Virus record (IMG/VR): IMGVR_UViG_3300020069_000003
Coordinates: 1-64,000 of that record
Length of the DNA stretch: 64,000 bases
Origin: a virus
Taxonomy: Duplodnaviria; Caudoviricetes
Strand: one strand, 5' to 3'
Of the stretch, positions 63,681 to 64,000 are shown piece after piece. The stretch's first letter is position 1, and each line of letters starts with the position of its first letter. Position numbers and translations under genes: made by a program. Below the pieces are notes generated by a model. The model searched no databases, was not told the DNA's origin, and saw nothing but the letters and a program-made list of their open reading frames with translations.

Positions 63681-64000
63681 ATGGCCAGTAACCTGTACGT
63701 GGTGGTTGGCGGACAGTACGGGTCCGAGGGCAAGGGAGCCGTTGCCGGACGCATCTGCGCGGACATGCAGGTCCGGGGGCAGGAGGTGGTGAACGTCCGG
63801 GTCGGCGGACCCAACGCCGGGCACACGGTGATCGGGAGGTGTCCGGCCGACTGCGGCGACACCCACGAAGTGGGCAAGCACCCGTGGCGGCTGCGCCAGG
63901 TGCCGGTGGCGGCGGTCACCGCAGCCGACAGCACGCTGGTGATCGCGGCCGGGTCGGAGGTCGACCCGTATGTGCTGGCCGACGAGATCGGACAGCTGAA
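63681..64000 (+). CDS. purZ: PurZ/PurZ0-type diaminopurine nucleotide synthetase (3' truncated by window end)
   Basis: Manual translation MASNLYVVVGGQYGSEGKG...RVGGPNAGHTV...IAAGSEVD: PurA fold with Ser replacing the catalytic Asp of GDEGKG. Confidence 0.82.
   Translation, partial: MASNLYVVVGGQYGSEGKGAVAGRICADMQVRGQEVVNVRVGGPNAGHTVIGRCPADCGDTHEVGKHPWRLRQVPVAAVTAADSTLVIAAGSEVDPYVLADEIGQL

Larger units (their letters stand above)
1..64000 (+). mobile_element. Tailed bacteriophage genome segment (siphovirus, likely actinophage)
   Basis: Terminase-portal-MuF-scaffold-capsid-tail-tape measure synteny followed by a phage replication module; no host housekeeping genes. Confidence 0.97.

Noticed and set aside
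63681-64000. Ordinary purA
   Set aside because: The catalytic Asp of GDEGKG is replaced by Ser; phage replication context.

Overview
The whole window is high-GC tailed-phage DNA (siphovirus, Actinomycetota-type host inferred from GC content, promoters and gene families). It contains no host genes, integrase or CRISPR array. Gene order: small early/accessory genes (1-4 kb), terminase, a leftward accessory cassette, portal, two tandem ADP-ribosyltransferases each followed by a homologous micro-ORF, MuF, scaffold, capsid, head-tail and tail genes (with a -1 frameshift chaperone), a leftward glycosylation operon, membrane/holin-like genes, then a replication arm (HTH, PD-(D/E)xK nuclease, AAA, SSB, primase-helicase, ori-like iterons, a Y-RNA array plus Ro60, DinG, DEDD exonuclease, SGNH esterase, GH25 lysin, PolA, RuvC-like). 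It ends in a truncated PurZ-type gene. Most notable: (1) a strand-polarised 12-mer GGGGGTGGTGTA repeated about 20 times regardless of frame or gene direction; (2) a shared N-terminal WxKWDxxH leader on a GNAT enzyme and two ARTs, a candidate virion-packaged effector system, with paired TWxPGDxxW micro-proteins; (3) Ro60 with four Y-like RNAs and an anticodon-less tRNA-Ala-like RNA, plus two more tRNA-like structured RNAs; (4) PurZ, suggesting a 2-aminoadenine genome; (5) a TTGAC-N5-GTCAA operator regulon. All family calls come from manual motif recognition, all counts are by hand, and no database search was run.
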